Positions 36,838-51,150 are shown, counted from the first letter of the stretch. The stretch: DNA of 64,000 nt from Harriotta raleighana (GCA_050575255.1 JBNZDD010013686.1:5516134-5580133), one strand, 5' to 3'. The notes: generated by a model from the letters alone, not told the origin. Numbers and translations: made by a program.

Positions 36838-37784
36838 CTGGGAGAGGATTGAGACAGAGATCAGCCTCTTACGCATTTCTGTTGTTCAGTGTGGGGTGAA
36901 TAATAATGAGTCGCAAAGCATTACGCACAACTGAGTGATCAATCTTAGAAGCCTTCAAGCGTCTGAGGCTAGCAATCAAAAACACTGCCAGCCTGGCCCA
37001 CAGTGTGGATCAAATTAAAGCAATAAGAATTCATCTGGACAGCAGGCATCGATGAGCCACAGACGTTTGTGCCCTTAACACAAGCCATATTTCACTCGAA
37101 ATCATTTTAAAAAACAGAGTCTGCTGATCAGCTCATGGTGGTGGTGGTGGGGGTGGTGGGGGGGGAGAAAATTGGGAAATAAGAAACAGTGTTTTTTGGG
37201 TTCAGAAAAAAAAATCATCCAAACTATTGTGTAATTGACAACATGAAAAAAAGAAATGAAAAACAGGAAGCATCTGCAACAGTGTCCTGCTGAGCAAAGC
37301 AAAGCTGACAAGTTTTGTGGCCCGCCTGAAACAAATAATTATTCCTTTCTCTCTTCGCACCCCATTTTCACAAGGGCAGCATTGGGTGACAGACAAAAAA
37401 CAGTCCCAGGCCTGCCTGGGCCAATGATACCTAGGAGGAGTAATTGAGGAGAGCGCCAAACAGCCAAACCAATGGGGGGAGGGGTGGGGGGGAGGGGTGG
37501 TGGGGAGTCGTTCAGGGAAGAAGGGAGTCTACTTTGAAAGGCGATTGAGGCTTGGCAATTTGATCTTCTGCTAGAATTAATGATAAGGCACCAATGCCAT
37601 CAGCCGCATCAAAGCTTGATGCTCAGCCTGATACATACATGCTCAGACTAACACATACCAGCCAAATCATCGGTTCTGTTCTATTGACAACTGTTTATAT
37701 TGTAAGATGCCACATGTTCTCCCTTCCTCCCTCCGTCTCTCTCTCCCTTCCTCCCTTTCTTCCTTCCTAGTGCGACCTCAGTAC

Positions 37785-37971
37785 CTTGCTGTCCAGTTTC
37801 TTCATGGTCACCAGGTCCAGAGACTTCAAGGAGTGGCCGGTGGGAGCGATGAAGTACAAGCAGACATGGATGCGGCTGTCATGATAACTGTGAAGCGTCC
37901 GCTTAATCTTCAGCTCCTCCTGCAGGTAGGCCTCAAACTGAGCGTCGATGAACTCGACGATGGACTTGTAG
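37785..37971 (-). CDS. SEPTIN6: Septin-6 exon 4
   Basis: 187 nt; [24 protein letters not shown]...[30 protein letters not shown]. Confidence 0.96.
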
Positions 37972-38019
37972 CTGTAGAATTGGAATAACAGAAATCAGTT
38001 GTTGTTGTTGGTGTTGTTG

Positions 38020-38283
38020 TCATCACATTCAAGGCCCTCCACAACCTTGCCCCACCCTACATCTGTGACCTCCTATCCCCTTACCAACCTGCACGTCCCC
38101 CTCTGCTCAACAGGCTCTGGCCTGCTCCATGTCCCCCAACCCACCTGCCCCACCATATACAGGTGAGCCTTCAGCCACTATGTCCCCAACCTCTGGAACT
38201 CCATCCGCACTCCCTCCACCTCGCCCCCTCCCTGGCCTCCTTCAAGTCCCACCTCAAGACTCTCCTCTTCGATGGACCCGTCA
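38020..38283 (+). mobile_element. L2-clade LINE ORF2 3' fragment
   Basis: FKALHNLAPPYICDLL...PNLWNSI motifs, with frameshifts. Confidence 0.8.
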
Positions 38284-38444
38284 GGGAGTTTCAAAAACGG
38301 CCTTGAGTGGGATTCTAAAGCCTTTCATAAGGGTAAGTAGTACTGGTGGAATTCCACGCCCATTGGTTGCTTACCAGCTCTGAATACGGCTTCACGACTT
38401 GTGACACATCACCTCAAACGCTCTCCTGAGCATCCACTTAACAA

Positions 38445-38880
38445 ATAACCTTTGCATTCAAAACAGCGCCTTATCACATCATTGAGACGTCTCAAAGCGT
38501 CTCCGTGGGATACACACTCAAGTGAAGTGGCTGTGTAATTTGTGGGTAAAACGTGGCCTACTGTCGCTCAGTGGTTAGAGCACTCGCCTTACAACCATGA
38601 GATATGCGTTCGAATCCAGGTAGATCAGGGCGAAACCTTGGGCAAGTTTCCTTACTCCACATGCTTAATAAAAATCCGTCCCAAAAAAACACTATATAAT
38701 AAAATTGGTCATTTCAATCCACAACTGTTTGTGAGACACTGCCATGCGCAATTGGCTGCTTCGTTTCGCTCAAAATTATGAAATCAATTCACTTTATAGT
38801 ATGTTCTGTGAAGCACTTTGAAATGTTCAATAAGATGTGAAAAATTCTATATCAAATGCAAGGATTATTATTATATTATT
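38445..38880. mobile_element. Main SINE family: - fragment then + near full-length copy
   Basis: + copy at about 38560-38880 with B box GTTCGAATCC. Confidence 0.82.
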
Positions 38881-38953
38881 CTTACTTTCAATCCCGCACA
38901 GATTCACTCAATCTCAGTCATGTAGCGGCATCTATTAAAGGGGTATTCCTGAC

Positions 38954-39149
38954 CTGTCCTCCTTGTTAATCTGGTCCCCGAAGCCCACTGTGTTGACGAT
39001 GTTCAATTTCAGGTGCACGTTGCTCTCTTGTAGATCGTAAGAGCTGGACTTGAGCTGGACCCCAGGCTGGTTGTGAGGTGCTGGGTCACCTTCGAACTTG
39101 GTGTTGAACAGCGTGTCCATCAAGGTGGACTTCCCAAGGCCGGTCTCCC
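38954..39149 (-). CDS. SEPTIN6: Septin-6 exon 3 (P-loop)
   Basis: 196 nt; [21 protein letters not shown]...[12 protein letters not shown]. Confidence 0.96.
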
Positions 39150-39229
39150 CTGAAAAGCCAACGGAAATTCACATCACTAAACAAGCGAAGCGGCCCGAAG
39201 CTGGGCACCGGTCCACTGATACTAATACG

Positions 39230-39488
39230 AATCCTTGAAGACGTCTCAAAAGCGCTTCGCAGATTAAACTGCAAAGGGAATTGACTGTAGATTTGTGGGT
39301 GAAACACGGCAGCCAATGCACACAGAAGTGTCCCACAAACGGTCGTGGATTGAAAATGAGCTGAATATTATTGCAATTTTTTTTTTTTTTAAGCATTACT
39401 ATCAGGTGTGTGGAGTGAGGAAACTTGCCCCTGCCTGGAATTGAACGCAAGTGTCTCGCTTGCAAGGTGAGTGCTCACAGGACTCCAC
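39230..39488 (-). mobile_element. Main SINE family copy
   Basis: Core and head, shortened tail. Confidence 0.82.
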
Positions 39489-40156
39489 CACTACAGGCTG
39501 TGATCTCACAACCACAGGTTTCCATCTCTGGAGTGTAGCTTCTGGAGGAAACTTCAACCTATTTACCAACACACTGCACACATTGTTGGTAGCTGAAAAT
39601 CTGGCTGTTGGTCAAACTCCAGCTTTCAGTTGACCCCAATGTTATGAAGACTGACACTGATTCAGGCGACAGAATTTATTTTTATTGGAGCAGCCGTGGG
39701 GAAGAGGTACAGGGCATACTCCCAGCCATCTGCGTTCTTGCCGAAAAGCTTTTATGCAGGTTTTACCCAGAATCATTGCAGTTCATTCAAATGAAAACAA
39801 AACGCTTCACAAAAGGTGGGATCATTCCCAAACGCTCCCAAACCGCTGAATGTCTACAGTGGGAAAGGTGTGCCAACTCCAATCAGTCTACAGGAGTCTG
39901 GCTCTCAATCCCGGTATCAGCAAGACTCTGAAGAAAGAGGCACGAAAAGCAAATCCTTCTATTTCCCTAGTGATGCTGGTGAAATAAACACGCTGGTCCA
40001 CTGCCAGCGAACAGAGAGGCTTCAGTGCTTGCTTAGCCAACCTGGACACAAGGCAGAACATTCATCGCTGATCCTGGGTGATGTAATGACAGCTCATTCT
40101 GCTCATTCTGGTTTCCCCAAGCAGCAACGTTTCATGTTGCAATAGAAAACATTACC

Positions 40157-40468
40157 AATAATAATAATAATAATAATAATCCTTACATTTGATGTAGCAC
40201 TTTTTTACTTCTTCTCGATGTCTCAAAGCGCTTCACAGAATACACTGTAAAGTGAATTCACTGTACTTTTGTGGGAGAAACGCAGCAGCCAATTGCGCAC
40301 AGCAGCATCCTACAAACAGTCGTGGATTGAAGTGACCATTTTTTCTGAGGGATTATTATCAAGCGTGTGGATTAAGGAAACTTGCCCACGGTTTTGTCCT
40401 GCCTGGAATCAAACCGAGGTCTCTCGTTTGCGAGGCGAGTGCACTAACCACTCAGCTACAGGATTCCA
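40157..40468 (-). mobile_element. Main SINE family, near full length
   Basis: Head, core, tail and (AAT)n. Confidence 0.88.
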
Positions 40469-41525
40469 CTAAATTTCCATTTTAATTTTTATTTAGTTTT
40501 ATCTACATCAGTGGTAGTGGGACACAATAAATGGTTGCACGGCTAGCTGACAGTGTTTTCAGGCCAGAGAGAAAGAAAAAAAACATGAGTACTGAATGAG
40601 ACAACCCAAAGAGATTAAGAAAAATCACAATGACGCACTGTAAATTACAAAGAAGAAAAATCTGAACAGATTTGAGATCAGTCAAGATGGCAAAACCACA
40701 CTGCACTCTGGAGATTTAAACTAATTTCACTCTGGGCTGCCCAGTTGCAATGTCTGCTTTGCTGATCAGAAGGGCCGATCTACTAACGTGGATACTAATC
40801 TCCTCGTCCCCAAATTAAATTCAAATAATCTTCAAGAGATTAAAATCTCCCACCTGGAAGCGTGTTTTTTTTCTGTGTTCTCTGAAGTCAAACGCTTGGT
40901 TTCCCTCTCATTCGAACTTAAGAAGCGCAAGTGAACTTTTTACCCCAGTCTCGACTCATTTACTGGATTGGCCATTTACTGTTTGGGAAATTCGCTTGAA
41001 TGTAAAAGGCTGCAGCAAACCTACTTGAATGAAATTTGTTTTTTTCTCTCTCCCTCTCATTTATCATCTCCCCCTGATCCCCGAACATATGCAGGAGCCC
41101 TTCGCAAGGGCAAATTATCAGAACGTCCAGGTTCAAAACACTTTTTGGAAAAAGAAATGCAGAATTCAATTAAAATTCATGAACAATAAAAGAGCGTACA
41201 CTGTATACATGTTTGCTGCACTTTATTGGCTGCAAATTTGTTTTGAATGGGGGCGTGGAGGGGGGAGCAATCCAGCTGCCTTTGTCACGCATGAAAAAAC
41301 AACAGCAGTAATTGCTCTGCATTCAGTGGCTCATCTTCCATTCACTCTCCAGGCCTTTCAATGCTTTGGGACGTCCTCCGGTCCCGAAAGGCGCTATACA
41401 AATGTAATTTCTGTCGTATTTTGCTGTTGTTTATTCACCAGCCGGAGTGAAAGGACAGCAGTTGGCCAGCCAGGCACAATGTTGGGGGCTGAATACTACC
41501 AGGCAAATGAAATGAATCAAAACCA

Positions 41526-41560
<35 letters not shown>

Positions 41561-44327
41561 TTTTCTATTTAAAGTTCCGATTTGTGCATTTCGGGGGAAG
41601 AATTGCGGCCTTTGATTTGGAGCAGATCCGAGCACAAAGGCATCTTTGAGCCTGCGAGCCAGAGTGAGTGGCGGTGACATCCGTGAGCACATTGAACAGT
41701 GCGGGGGAGTGTTTGTCTGCGAGCCGCAGCAAGCCTCCCACAGGGACATTCTACCAAACCTTCTGCACTTTACAAGCACGTTGCTCCCCCTCGCACTGGG
41801 CACACTTGTTCGAGGAGCCTTTTACACAGTCACTGTTCTCTCAGCAAAATCTGGAGGAAGAATGGTGCAATTGATGCACTGAATGCCTCAGAATCCGTTG
41901 GGATTTGTTGCGTTTCAGCAGCTACAAAACCTGTGCTCTTGCCATTGCGGCTGAGCAACTTGACTAACTCCTTCCCCACTGAGTCTGCGGACAAGGCAAA
42001 TATATACGTAGCGTTACTCACAGCTACTCGCGGAGGGGATGGTATCCTTTAGGCAATAACTTGCCTTGTAATCTCAGCGATCGGAGACGGTTTACTAACC
42101 AATTGGGCCTTGCCCTTCAACGATTTGATAACATTAGCCATCAGTCCCTTCACGCATTCAGTAGAATACACTGGGTGACTCCTAAATCACTTTATTTGGA
42201 ATGCAGCACGATCAGACTCATATTTAAATGGTTTGCGACTGACTTCCCACGTAATACCATGGCCCTTCAATAAACTGCTGAGGGGGTCATCTGAAAGGCT
42301 CTCAGACTACACACAGGAATCCAGTCAAACAAGGGCCCTTTATTATTATTATTTTTTTAAAGTATGTAATGTAGGTTGTTACTGTAGTCAGTAAAATCCT
42401 TATTTCGAAGAAGTTTCAGAGTTTCTCGCAGCGAGCTAAGGCCAGTGGCTGGATCGGGAAGCGAACCTAAAACAACAAACTCAAGTTTAAAAATACTGTG
42501 CTGAGAAACAAAGCAAATAGTTGGACAATTGCGACAGGGCTCATGGAAACTTGACTTGAGCAACCAGACAAAATTGGGTGGGAGGTGGGGGGTGGCGGGG
42601 CCTGAAGGAAAATAAACTGGGCGACATTGTGTAGGATACAGGTCTATTTATAAAGATTGCTCCGCCCACCTGAAATCTCACTGTAATAGAACACAACCTT
42701 CTCAGCGGCAAGATGTGAAACAGTGAGATGTGAAGACGTGGGTGTTGAAAACACACAACCGGGGCAACATGGCAGCGATAACCAACAGTAAGTTATTGAC
42801 CTTATAGGCTTGCTTCCTGGCCAGTCACCTGCAAATCATACCTCGATTAAAAAAAGTGCAGTCTCTTACTCCAGTAAGGGGAGCTGTATTACTATTTCAG
42901 TAATTAATGCCATGAGGCCCAACACATCCAAATGTCAAATTACATTTCATAACAACCCATGACTAAAGGTTACCAGGCAAACTTGATAAGCTTTAATCAC
43001 TGAGATATTTTTAATTGAGTTTTGAAATACTGTTTCATGAATGAGATATCAACGACTGCATTTGCTCGGAAGACTCGCTGCTTTTTAACCCCCCCCCCTA
43101 CCACCACCCTCCCACCAAGGATCAGCCTTTTTTTTTAATAACCACCAGACAACTGAGTAGAAATGTAGAGGTGTTTTCTTCAACTTCACACCCTCCAACA
43201 TGCAAGGGGAAAATATCGCAATACGTCAAGGCATTCCGTCGGTCCCGAAAACATGGAAGAGTTTGCATTTTAAGCTAGAGGGGCTGAAGGAGAAGAATCA
43301 ATGCCCGACACATCTAATCAGGCACTGAACTTCACAGAATCATCCAGCGCCAGACAAGGTCAGACTGAGCCATGCGGCTTCCTATGTTCTCGATGAGATG
43401 GCCAGAGAAGCCCACGCATACAGAGATAAATTGATAGTCAGTCAGTCCCTTCATCGATCGGTCAGAAGGTGCGTATCGACCACATAGCTCAATACTCAGG
43501 TGACTGAAGGGACACAATTAACGTTCTCCCCCCAAGTCAGCCAACTTGCCGCAGAGGGTGTGAGGCTGATGACTGATGGTAAAGGCTCAGGGGGGAAATT
43601 TGGAGTTACAGATTTTGGTCTATGACTGACGCCGAGCTTGCAAACTCCAGCCGAGCCAAGCTGCCACCAACCAGTCACCCAGGACAACGCACTGCATGCA
43701 AGCGCGGAGCAAAGTTTCAGTTTTCTTGGGCAGCGGATTCAGTGGCCTGATTGTCAAGAGAAGCTTCAATACAAACCAGACCAAGTTTTACTTTGGTTGG
43801 AACAACTGCAGTGCAAGGTACATAAATGGCTTTACTCCAAAACAAAAAATGATTCTTGTGTTTATTGGGGGAGATGTGACACTAACTAACCAACTGCCTG
43901 CACTATCAGTAAGTTAAGATGGAACAGCTTGGCTGTCCCCCACTCTCTCTCTCTCTCTCTCTCGCGCCTAGCCCAGAAACCCCCCACATGGGTATGAAAC
44001 CGGGCTTGTCATACTGGCTAGTCATAACTAACATCTGTCTCTTACGCATTTCCCTCTTCGTCCCTGTCAAAAAAAAAGTCAGGCATGTGACTCGCAACTC
44101 GAGAACAGTGAAACCAGGCACTGGCTTGGAACCTTCCCAATTCTCGTTGCCTTTACTCCGAGCGTTCCCATTGTGTAATTGCTCGGCAAAACATTCCCGG
44201 AACAAGAGGGAAGGCAGGCGGGCGGGCAGGGAGGCAGGCAGCGAGGTTACCTATTCCCGGGAGGCTGGCAATGCCACTCCATACACCCCCAATGTACAAG
44301 GCAAAATACAGTAGTAGGATTCCATTC

Positions 44328-44662
44328 GTGGAGTCCCTGTAGCTCAGTGGTTAGAGCACTCACTCACCCTACAAGAGTGAGACCTGTGTTTCAAATCCAG
44401 GTCAGGTCAGGGCAAAACCTTGGGCAAGTTTCCTTACTCCACACACGCGCCAAATAATAATCTGTCCAGAAAAAAACCTGTAGTGAATTGGTCATTTCAA
44501 TCCATGACTGTTTGTGGGGACGCTGCTGTGCACAATTGGCTGCCGCGTTTCGCCCACAAATACACAGTCAAATCACTTTACAGTATATTCTGTGAAGCGC
44601 TTTGCGACGTCTAGAAGTCGTAAAAACACTATATCAAGTGCAAGGATTATTATTATTATTAT
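44328..44662 (+). mobile_element. Near full-length tRNA-derived SINE (Deu-type core, L2-type tail); representative of the main family
   Basis: A box TAGCTCAGTGG, B-box-like GTTTCAAATCC, core TGTGGGGACGCTGCTGTGCACAATTGGCTGCCGCG, tail ...TATATCAAGTGCAAGG(ATT)n. Confidence 0.88.
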
Positions 44663-45476
44663 TCTAAGAAGCAATGTGTCTCATGACATGATAAGGTGCT
44701 GAATCATAAGCAGAGATTATTAATAGTATTATTATTATTAACAATATGACTCTTCCTCTTCCAATCTGGGTCCTATATGCAAGCTTTTTTAGACTTTTAT
44801 TTCCCCCGAAAAAAAATCAGTGACTACAAACACAAACTGTTTTATCTGTTGCTACTCGTAAAAACAAAGTAGCGCATCCAGTTTAAACATAAAAGTGTCT
44901 CTTGGGATTACACATATCCCTTTTAGGAAGTCGGTGTGTTTTCATTATTTCTTGGCTTCGAGCCCTTCCCACAAACTCTCGATAATCAAAAGTTACAATT
45001 TATTGAATGGTGAGAGGTGACATCAGATAAGATACACGAGGCAGGTTCTGGCATCAAATCATTCATTCATTATGTTGATGTCAAATATTTTGTTAGCCAA
45101 AAATAAAAGGCGTTTGCTTAAATACTATAGATGTTTCTCTCTACTCCCCCAAATTCCGGGTGTCCGGACTTATCATCATTTATTAGTATTTACCACCTCA
45201 CCCGTCCAAACACACACACACACACACATTAGCTGCTATACACACTCACAATAGAGCGAACATGGAAACTTCCATATTTGTGGCAACTTTCCAATCGAAA
45301 GGACCTGCCTGGCCCCCACGCAAATAACAGCAACCAAATAGCCACAAAGGAAACATTTAGTAAGAGTAGTGTGCTTTATTTATCCTCGTTTGTTGTCTCA
45401 CTATTGGGACACACACACATATATACACACATGAGAGAAAATTTTGTATTGGAATGTCCATCAGTTTGGTACTCAC

Positions 45477-45591
45477 CCACACACAGGATGTTGAAGGAGA
45501 AACCATGAGACACAGACTTGTTGACTAACTGGTCTGGCATACTGTCAAAGCCAACGTGGCCTGACAGCGAAATGCTGCGGGCACTTTCCGC
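45477..45591 (-). CDS. SEPTIN6: Septin-6 exon 2
   Basis: 115 nt, cag/gtgagt; [38 protein letters not shown](G). Confidence 0.95.
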
Positions 45592-46153
45592 CTGTGGGGG
45601 TGGGGGGGGGGGGGTGGAAGAAAAAAAAAAATCATTGCATCAGACACTGTACACCCAACTGAGCATTTATTGTAAGAGTTAAGAGTCCGTCCGTCTGTCC
45701 GCCTCTCCCCCACCCCAAAACAAGTACTACTCACACTCCATTTTTTTTCTAAGAATACATAGTGACTGAGAAGAAAAGTCTTAGACACTTATACAGCAAC
45801 AACAACTTAGATTCATAGAGCGCCCTCCATGCCAGACAGTGTCTCAGAGCAGTGGGTTAGATGATATAATTTAACTGTTGGGACAACAACACAGGGAGTG
45901 ATAAGGAAGTGACTGAATGGTATTAATTTCCGCCAAACCAGTTGAAAACAAATATTTTTGTAAATTTTTTTGATATAAAAGTCCCACCATTGAATCACTA
46001 CAATCACTTCAAGCATTTTGTATAGATAGCAACATTGAACTGTCACTGAAATCATATGTCACCCCAGGATGGATGCTATTCAACAATACAAGAACATGCA
46101 TTTACATAGATAGTGATTTTCATGTAAAAATAAGTTGCTTTCCAGAATGAAAT

Positions 46154-46305
46154 GTTTGTGAGACACTGCTGTGCGCAATTGGCTGCCGCGTTTTGCCCCC
46201 CAAATATACAGACAATTCACTTTACAATTATTTATTCTGTGAAGCGCTTTGAGACGTTGATTAGATGTGAAACTCGCTATTTAAAAATGCAAGGATTATT
46301 ATTGT
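46154..46305 (+). mobile_element. Main SINE family, 3' half
   Basis: Core and tail. Confidence 0.82.
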
Positions 46306-46984
46306 TATACTATTATGTTGTTTCCTGAAGGCAAATATCAAATGTAAGGTTTATTATTATTAATGTGGCATCTAATTTGTGCCACTTACATGCTTCACAA
46401 ACAAGATGGGGGGGTGAATGGGGGGTTCATTAAATAGAACTTTAGGGAGGAACAAGAATGACTAACATTTAACTCCAGGATTGATCAATTCAACCAGCCT
46501 AAATATTGTGCTGTGGTAAAACATCCTGGAACAGAATAGGATACCTATAATCCAGCTGGCTATCTTGCGGGCAGGTGTTTTCACAAACTCTCAGGACCGA
46601 TTAGGCCCCCCATTGAGAATTAAAAGATTACAAATACAGTTTGGAAGAGCAGTGGTTTAAATGAACTGTGTTCTCTTGCTATGGTTACAGTGATTGCTAA
46701 GCAGCGGACATCAGGATTCAGAACAGCTGTGACATGTTACGGTTAAGGCCAAGAACAATTCACCCTATTCATGACATCAACAGGAAGCTACAATGGCCAT
46801 TAAAGGCGAGTGGAATAGAGTCTTAGGTTCTCTCAAAAGCACAGATCCTTGAGTATGTCCAGCGGAGTCAGTCCAGGACAATTTATAGGTCACCCACCCT
46901 GCTTTTATCTGTGTCCCTCAGCAAAACTTTGCTGCTTCTTGCAGCTCTGGATCTCGACTCATAATCCTGCCCTATTACAGGTTG

Positions 46985-47280
46985 TAGGCCTGCCCCACAT
47001 TCCCCGCCACACCATTGGAAGGAGAGCCTTCAGCCACTCTGCCCCCAACCTCTGGAACTCCATCCCGCAGTCCCCCCGCCTCGCCCTCTCCCTGGCCTCC
47101 TTCAAGTTTTTCCTCAAGATTCCCCTCTTTGATGGACCCATCGGCAACTCCTAATCCTCCCCCCTTCCCTCCTCTCCCCTGTCCTCAGCTCGGGTCTGAA
47201 GCAGTGACTGTACAGAGCCTTGGGACGTCCTCCTGACGTGAAAGGCGCTATACAAGTGTAATTTTGTTGTTGTTATTATT
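46985..47280 (+). mobile_element. L2-clade LINE 3' end with (TTG)n tail
   Basis: GRRAFSHSAPNLWNSIPQSPRLALSLASFKFFLKIPLF, followed by 3'UTR and tail. Confidence 0.85.
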
Positions 47281-50200
47281 CCAACAGAGCCAAGATATAC
47301 TGAGCTCCCTAACTTTTTTTCCCTGCCATTCTCCAGAGGAAAAAAACTTTGTTATGAAAGTTATTAGGAGATATGGTTATATCTCTGTGTGCAGGGAATA
47401 AATGGAAGATAGCCATGGAATGTATAATTTTCATTAGTTTTATGACAACCTTTTAAAAGGTGAAGCACTTACTGCATATGCTAGCCATACGATTACTGCA
47501 AGTGGGAGCGAAAAAAAAGTTTAGAGCAGTGGTGAAGAAATCATACTTCTACAGATAGTCACTGCGTGTTTTGCAGGAATGAGGAAATTATTTATCTGGG
47601 CTCAACCGATGCATTCAGCGCGCAGTTTGAATTTCTGACCACAAAACTGATGCACGTTTCAATTCCTGTAAGGTTGGCTCTTTTATCTCATTTGCGGAGA
47701 GAATGGCTTGCAAGGACCTGCAGCACCTTTTATGGCATGTCAGAAGTAGGCTTCCCTTTGAGATGGATTGCTGTAACTTTAGATGAGCTTGTGACGAGAA
47801 TCAAATGCAACAGAGCATCGGAAAATGAGAGCTTTTGCCAACCATTTAATGCCACTTCCACAAGGAGAGGAGCATTATTAGGAAGAAAGCAAAGTTGATA
47901 GATTCTTTTTTTAACGTGACTTTGGGAAACGTGTGTGAAAGCTTATTCCTATTAATACAATAGGTTTTAAAACAATATTTGTCTTGTTCCTATTCCCAAA
48001 TGTCTACCCTAATGTGTGCATGAAACCAAAACTCACATGGATTTTTAATGCTTAAAAAGGCACCTACGATCAATAACACACTACAGATTAAAGCAACTTT
48101 GTGTCCTTCATATATATCAATAAATTAATCAGATTTTAATGATTATAATTAGCCAGTAGGAGAGTCCCCAGTCTCCCATTCAGATAGCTGACCTCATCTG
48201 TTAATCAAACTCAAAGTTACCCTCTAATGGTGTTTTGATGTTTCTCAATCATCATCCTAGATGAAATGCTTTGCAGTGTCAGGGCCCTTCTTGAGCTTGT
48301 GTTAGGTTTATTCCATACCTCATAAAATATGCTTCTTCCTGAGGCAATGTAAATCAGGGCGATGGTAGAAAACAACAACAACAACCAAATTGCATAGCGT
48401 CTTTCACATCGGGAGGACATCCCAAGGCGCTGAAAAGAGGGCAAGACTGGAGGCGGAATGACACAAAAAGATTCAAAGTGATGTGAAGATAAAGGGTTAC
48501 AATTGCATCCTCTCTTTTCAATCTTGGTGGTGTTTTGCACAATGAGGATGAATGTTTTGCCCAGTTCTTACCAGCCTTGTTGCTGAGAGCCATGTAATTT
48601 CCATGTTCCCAACAGAAACTGGGATTCCGTACGAATTGTGGAACCTTTCCCTTGCGGATTTGCTGACATATTTCGTTAACATGGGACTCTTCGTTAAATG
48701 AATAAGCCAAAGTGAGACTGTAGCAAAATGATAGGGTACGTGCAGAATATATGTGGTTTCCTGCTTCCTTCAACCATCTTTTTGGTTTAAACTGTAGTGA
48801 ACCAGTGCAATTTTCTAAGTTATAATTACAATTTGTTTCAAAAAGAAAACGTCAACCATTATCAATCTCAATTTAAATCTCTTTTGGACAAATTTTCTTA
48901 TTTCTCTCACCCTCCAACCCCCCCACCCCACACTCACCCACTACATGTGCTGTCTCTTTCCTAGTTTACAATTGCACAAACACTTTCCAATGCACTGACC
49001 AAAACAGTGAATCGGTGATTAGCAACAGAGAGTACAGTACTGATTTGCCAGCAAGCACTCAGGGGTACTCCTAGCAATACAAAAAGGACCACATCTGTCC
49101 AAATGACTCAATAAACAAGCGCTAAACCTCTCACATCTGCACAATTGCAAATGCCAAAGCTACACTTGGGGGTGGGGGGGGGGGCGGAAAAGCCATGATA
49201 GAAGTCTTCTCCAAGTAGCAGAAGATNTCTCACATCTGCACAATTGCAAATGCCAAAGCTACACTTGGGGGGGGCGGAAAAGCCATGATAGAAGTCTTCT
49301 CCAAGTAGCAGAAGATGGAAATATGATAGTGACAGAGAACCTTAGAGAGTTTGGTAGTTAGAACAAGCCTTAGAACAAGCCTAACAGCTCAGATGTATTT
49401 AAATGGATTTGCATATACTGTACAGCATCATGATGTTTTGTCCCAGCTTGTCGTGATCTTGAACTCTATTGCAAGGACTCCCAATTCCACTCTCCTAAAT
49501 CCAAACTCGGGGGGGAGGCTGGACAGCTGACGATTGAGAGAATGGGGTGTGTACAAAGGCAGAAATGGAAAGCTTATTACAGAAGCACTCAACAAGTCCA
49601 GTGATACGGAAAAGAAGATTGCAAATAGGTCACAAAACCAAACACAGGAAGGTGACTTCTTGTAGAGTATTTTGTAAAAGATGCAAAACAAAGATTATCT
49701 GCAAACGAGTGCTCTCTTTGGCTCACTTCCAAACAGTACCTTTGAATAAGGCTTTACGCTGTAAGAGCACTAAATGTACATAAGAGAGAGAGAGTGAGAG
49801 AAAAAAATGAACGGGGGGGGGAAGAGTCAAGTTTGTCAGGAATCTATGTACCCATCAGTGTGAAATATGGATCATTTAAAGAATTCTCAAAATGTCTCCA
49901 TTTCGGAGACTGTTGAGATTATAAGTGATATAATCAAAGTATCCTAATGAGTGGGGCATGAGTTATACTTGTCTATTGCCAGGCCCTCTGGCAACATACT
50001 GTATGAGTATAACTCATCCCCTTCTACTCATTGGGATAAGTTGATTATCACCAGTCAGCAACTACTCAGCCAGCAGAGAGATTGGAGTTACACAACACTG
50101 TGTCAGAAAGACTAAATCGCAACTTCAATCAATAACTTACTTCATCCACTGAAATGACACACACTTGCCAATGATTTGGGTATTTAAATGCAAACATGCA

Positions 50201-50699
50201 AAACAAGAACAGGTTGCTTTAGGAGCGGTTTGAAAACTTTTGATGCAATGAACAAATTGTTACCTAGTAGAACTGGGCACTGTTTAAATACTTTTCTCCA
50301 GTATATAAACAAACAAAAAAAGAGTGTAAACTGACTAAGAGAAATCATTCTCAAAACATTAAAGACGAAAAAAAAGACGCCTGTCAGATTTCATCTAACT
50401 ACAGGTACTCTACTTCAAAATCATCTTTATTTCGAAATATGACGATTAATAAACTAATGTATGGTAAGTACAGTTCATGGGATACTGCAATGCACTAACT
50501 CAAGACATTATCACAGTGCAATATGCACTGTGTTTCACAGCCAAAAAACAGCAGCATGGCACCCACCAACCAAACTCTCTAACCTTGTCAACCTCATGTA
50601 TATTTCCTTTCTCCCATCCCACTTTTTGTCACATGCTTTTACGGCAGCTGGTCCTAGTAAAACATCCTCAAAAATAAAGCCTAGACTGTGAGTGAGTGT

Positions 50700-51150
50700 C
50701 CTCGGTGTTTTAAATCATATAGTCTAAGTTGACACTCTGATGGAGTGCTGAGGGACTGTTGCCTTGTCGGAGGTAACGCTTTGTGCCTGTTTATGAGACA
50801 CTTCTGTGCGCAACTGGCTGCTGCATTTAATAATGATACAAATAATAATCCTTGCATTTGACATAGCGCTTTTCACGTCTTCTAGACGTCTCAAAGCGCT
50901 TCACAGAATGTACTGTAAAGTGAATTGACTGTGTTTTATGTGGGAGAAACTCGGCAGCAAATTGCGGGCAGCAGCATCCCACAAACAGTCATGGATTGAA
51001 GAGGCCACATTATTATTATTTTTGCATTTGCTGACAAAATACAATCAGTGCACTTTACAGGACAGTATATTTGGTGATGCGCTCTGAGGTAGCTCAATGC
51101 AGTGACGAGGTACTATATTCAAACGCCAGGATTATCATTATTATAATTAT
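50700..51150. mobile_element. Cluster of SINE fragments (older Deu-type fragment, - main-family 3' half, + degenerate tail)
   Basis: The clearest piece is the - copy at about 50842-51020. Confidence 0.72.

Noticed and set aside
49129-49316. About 95-bp direct duplication separated by one N
   Set aside because: Copies differ only in a G tract and abut an N; likely an assembly artefact.
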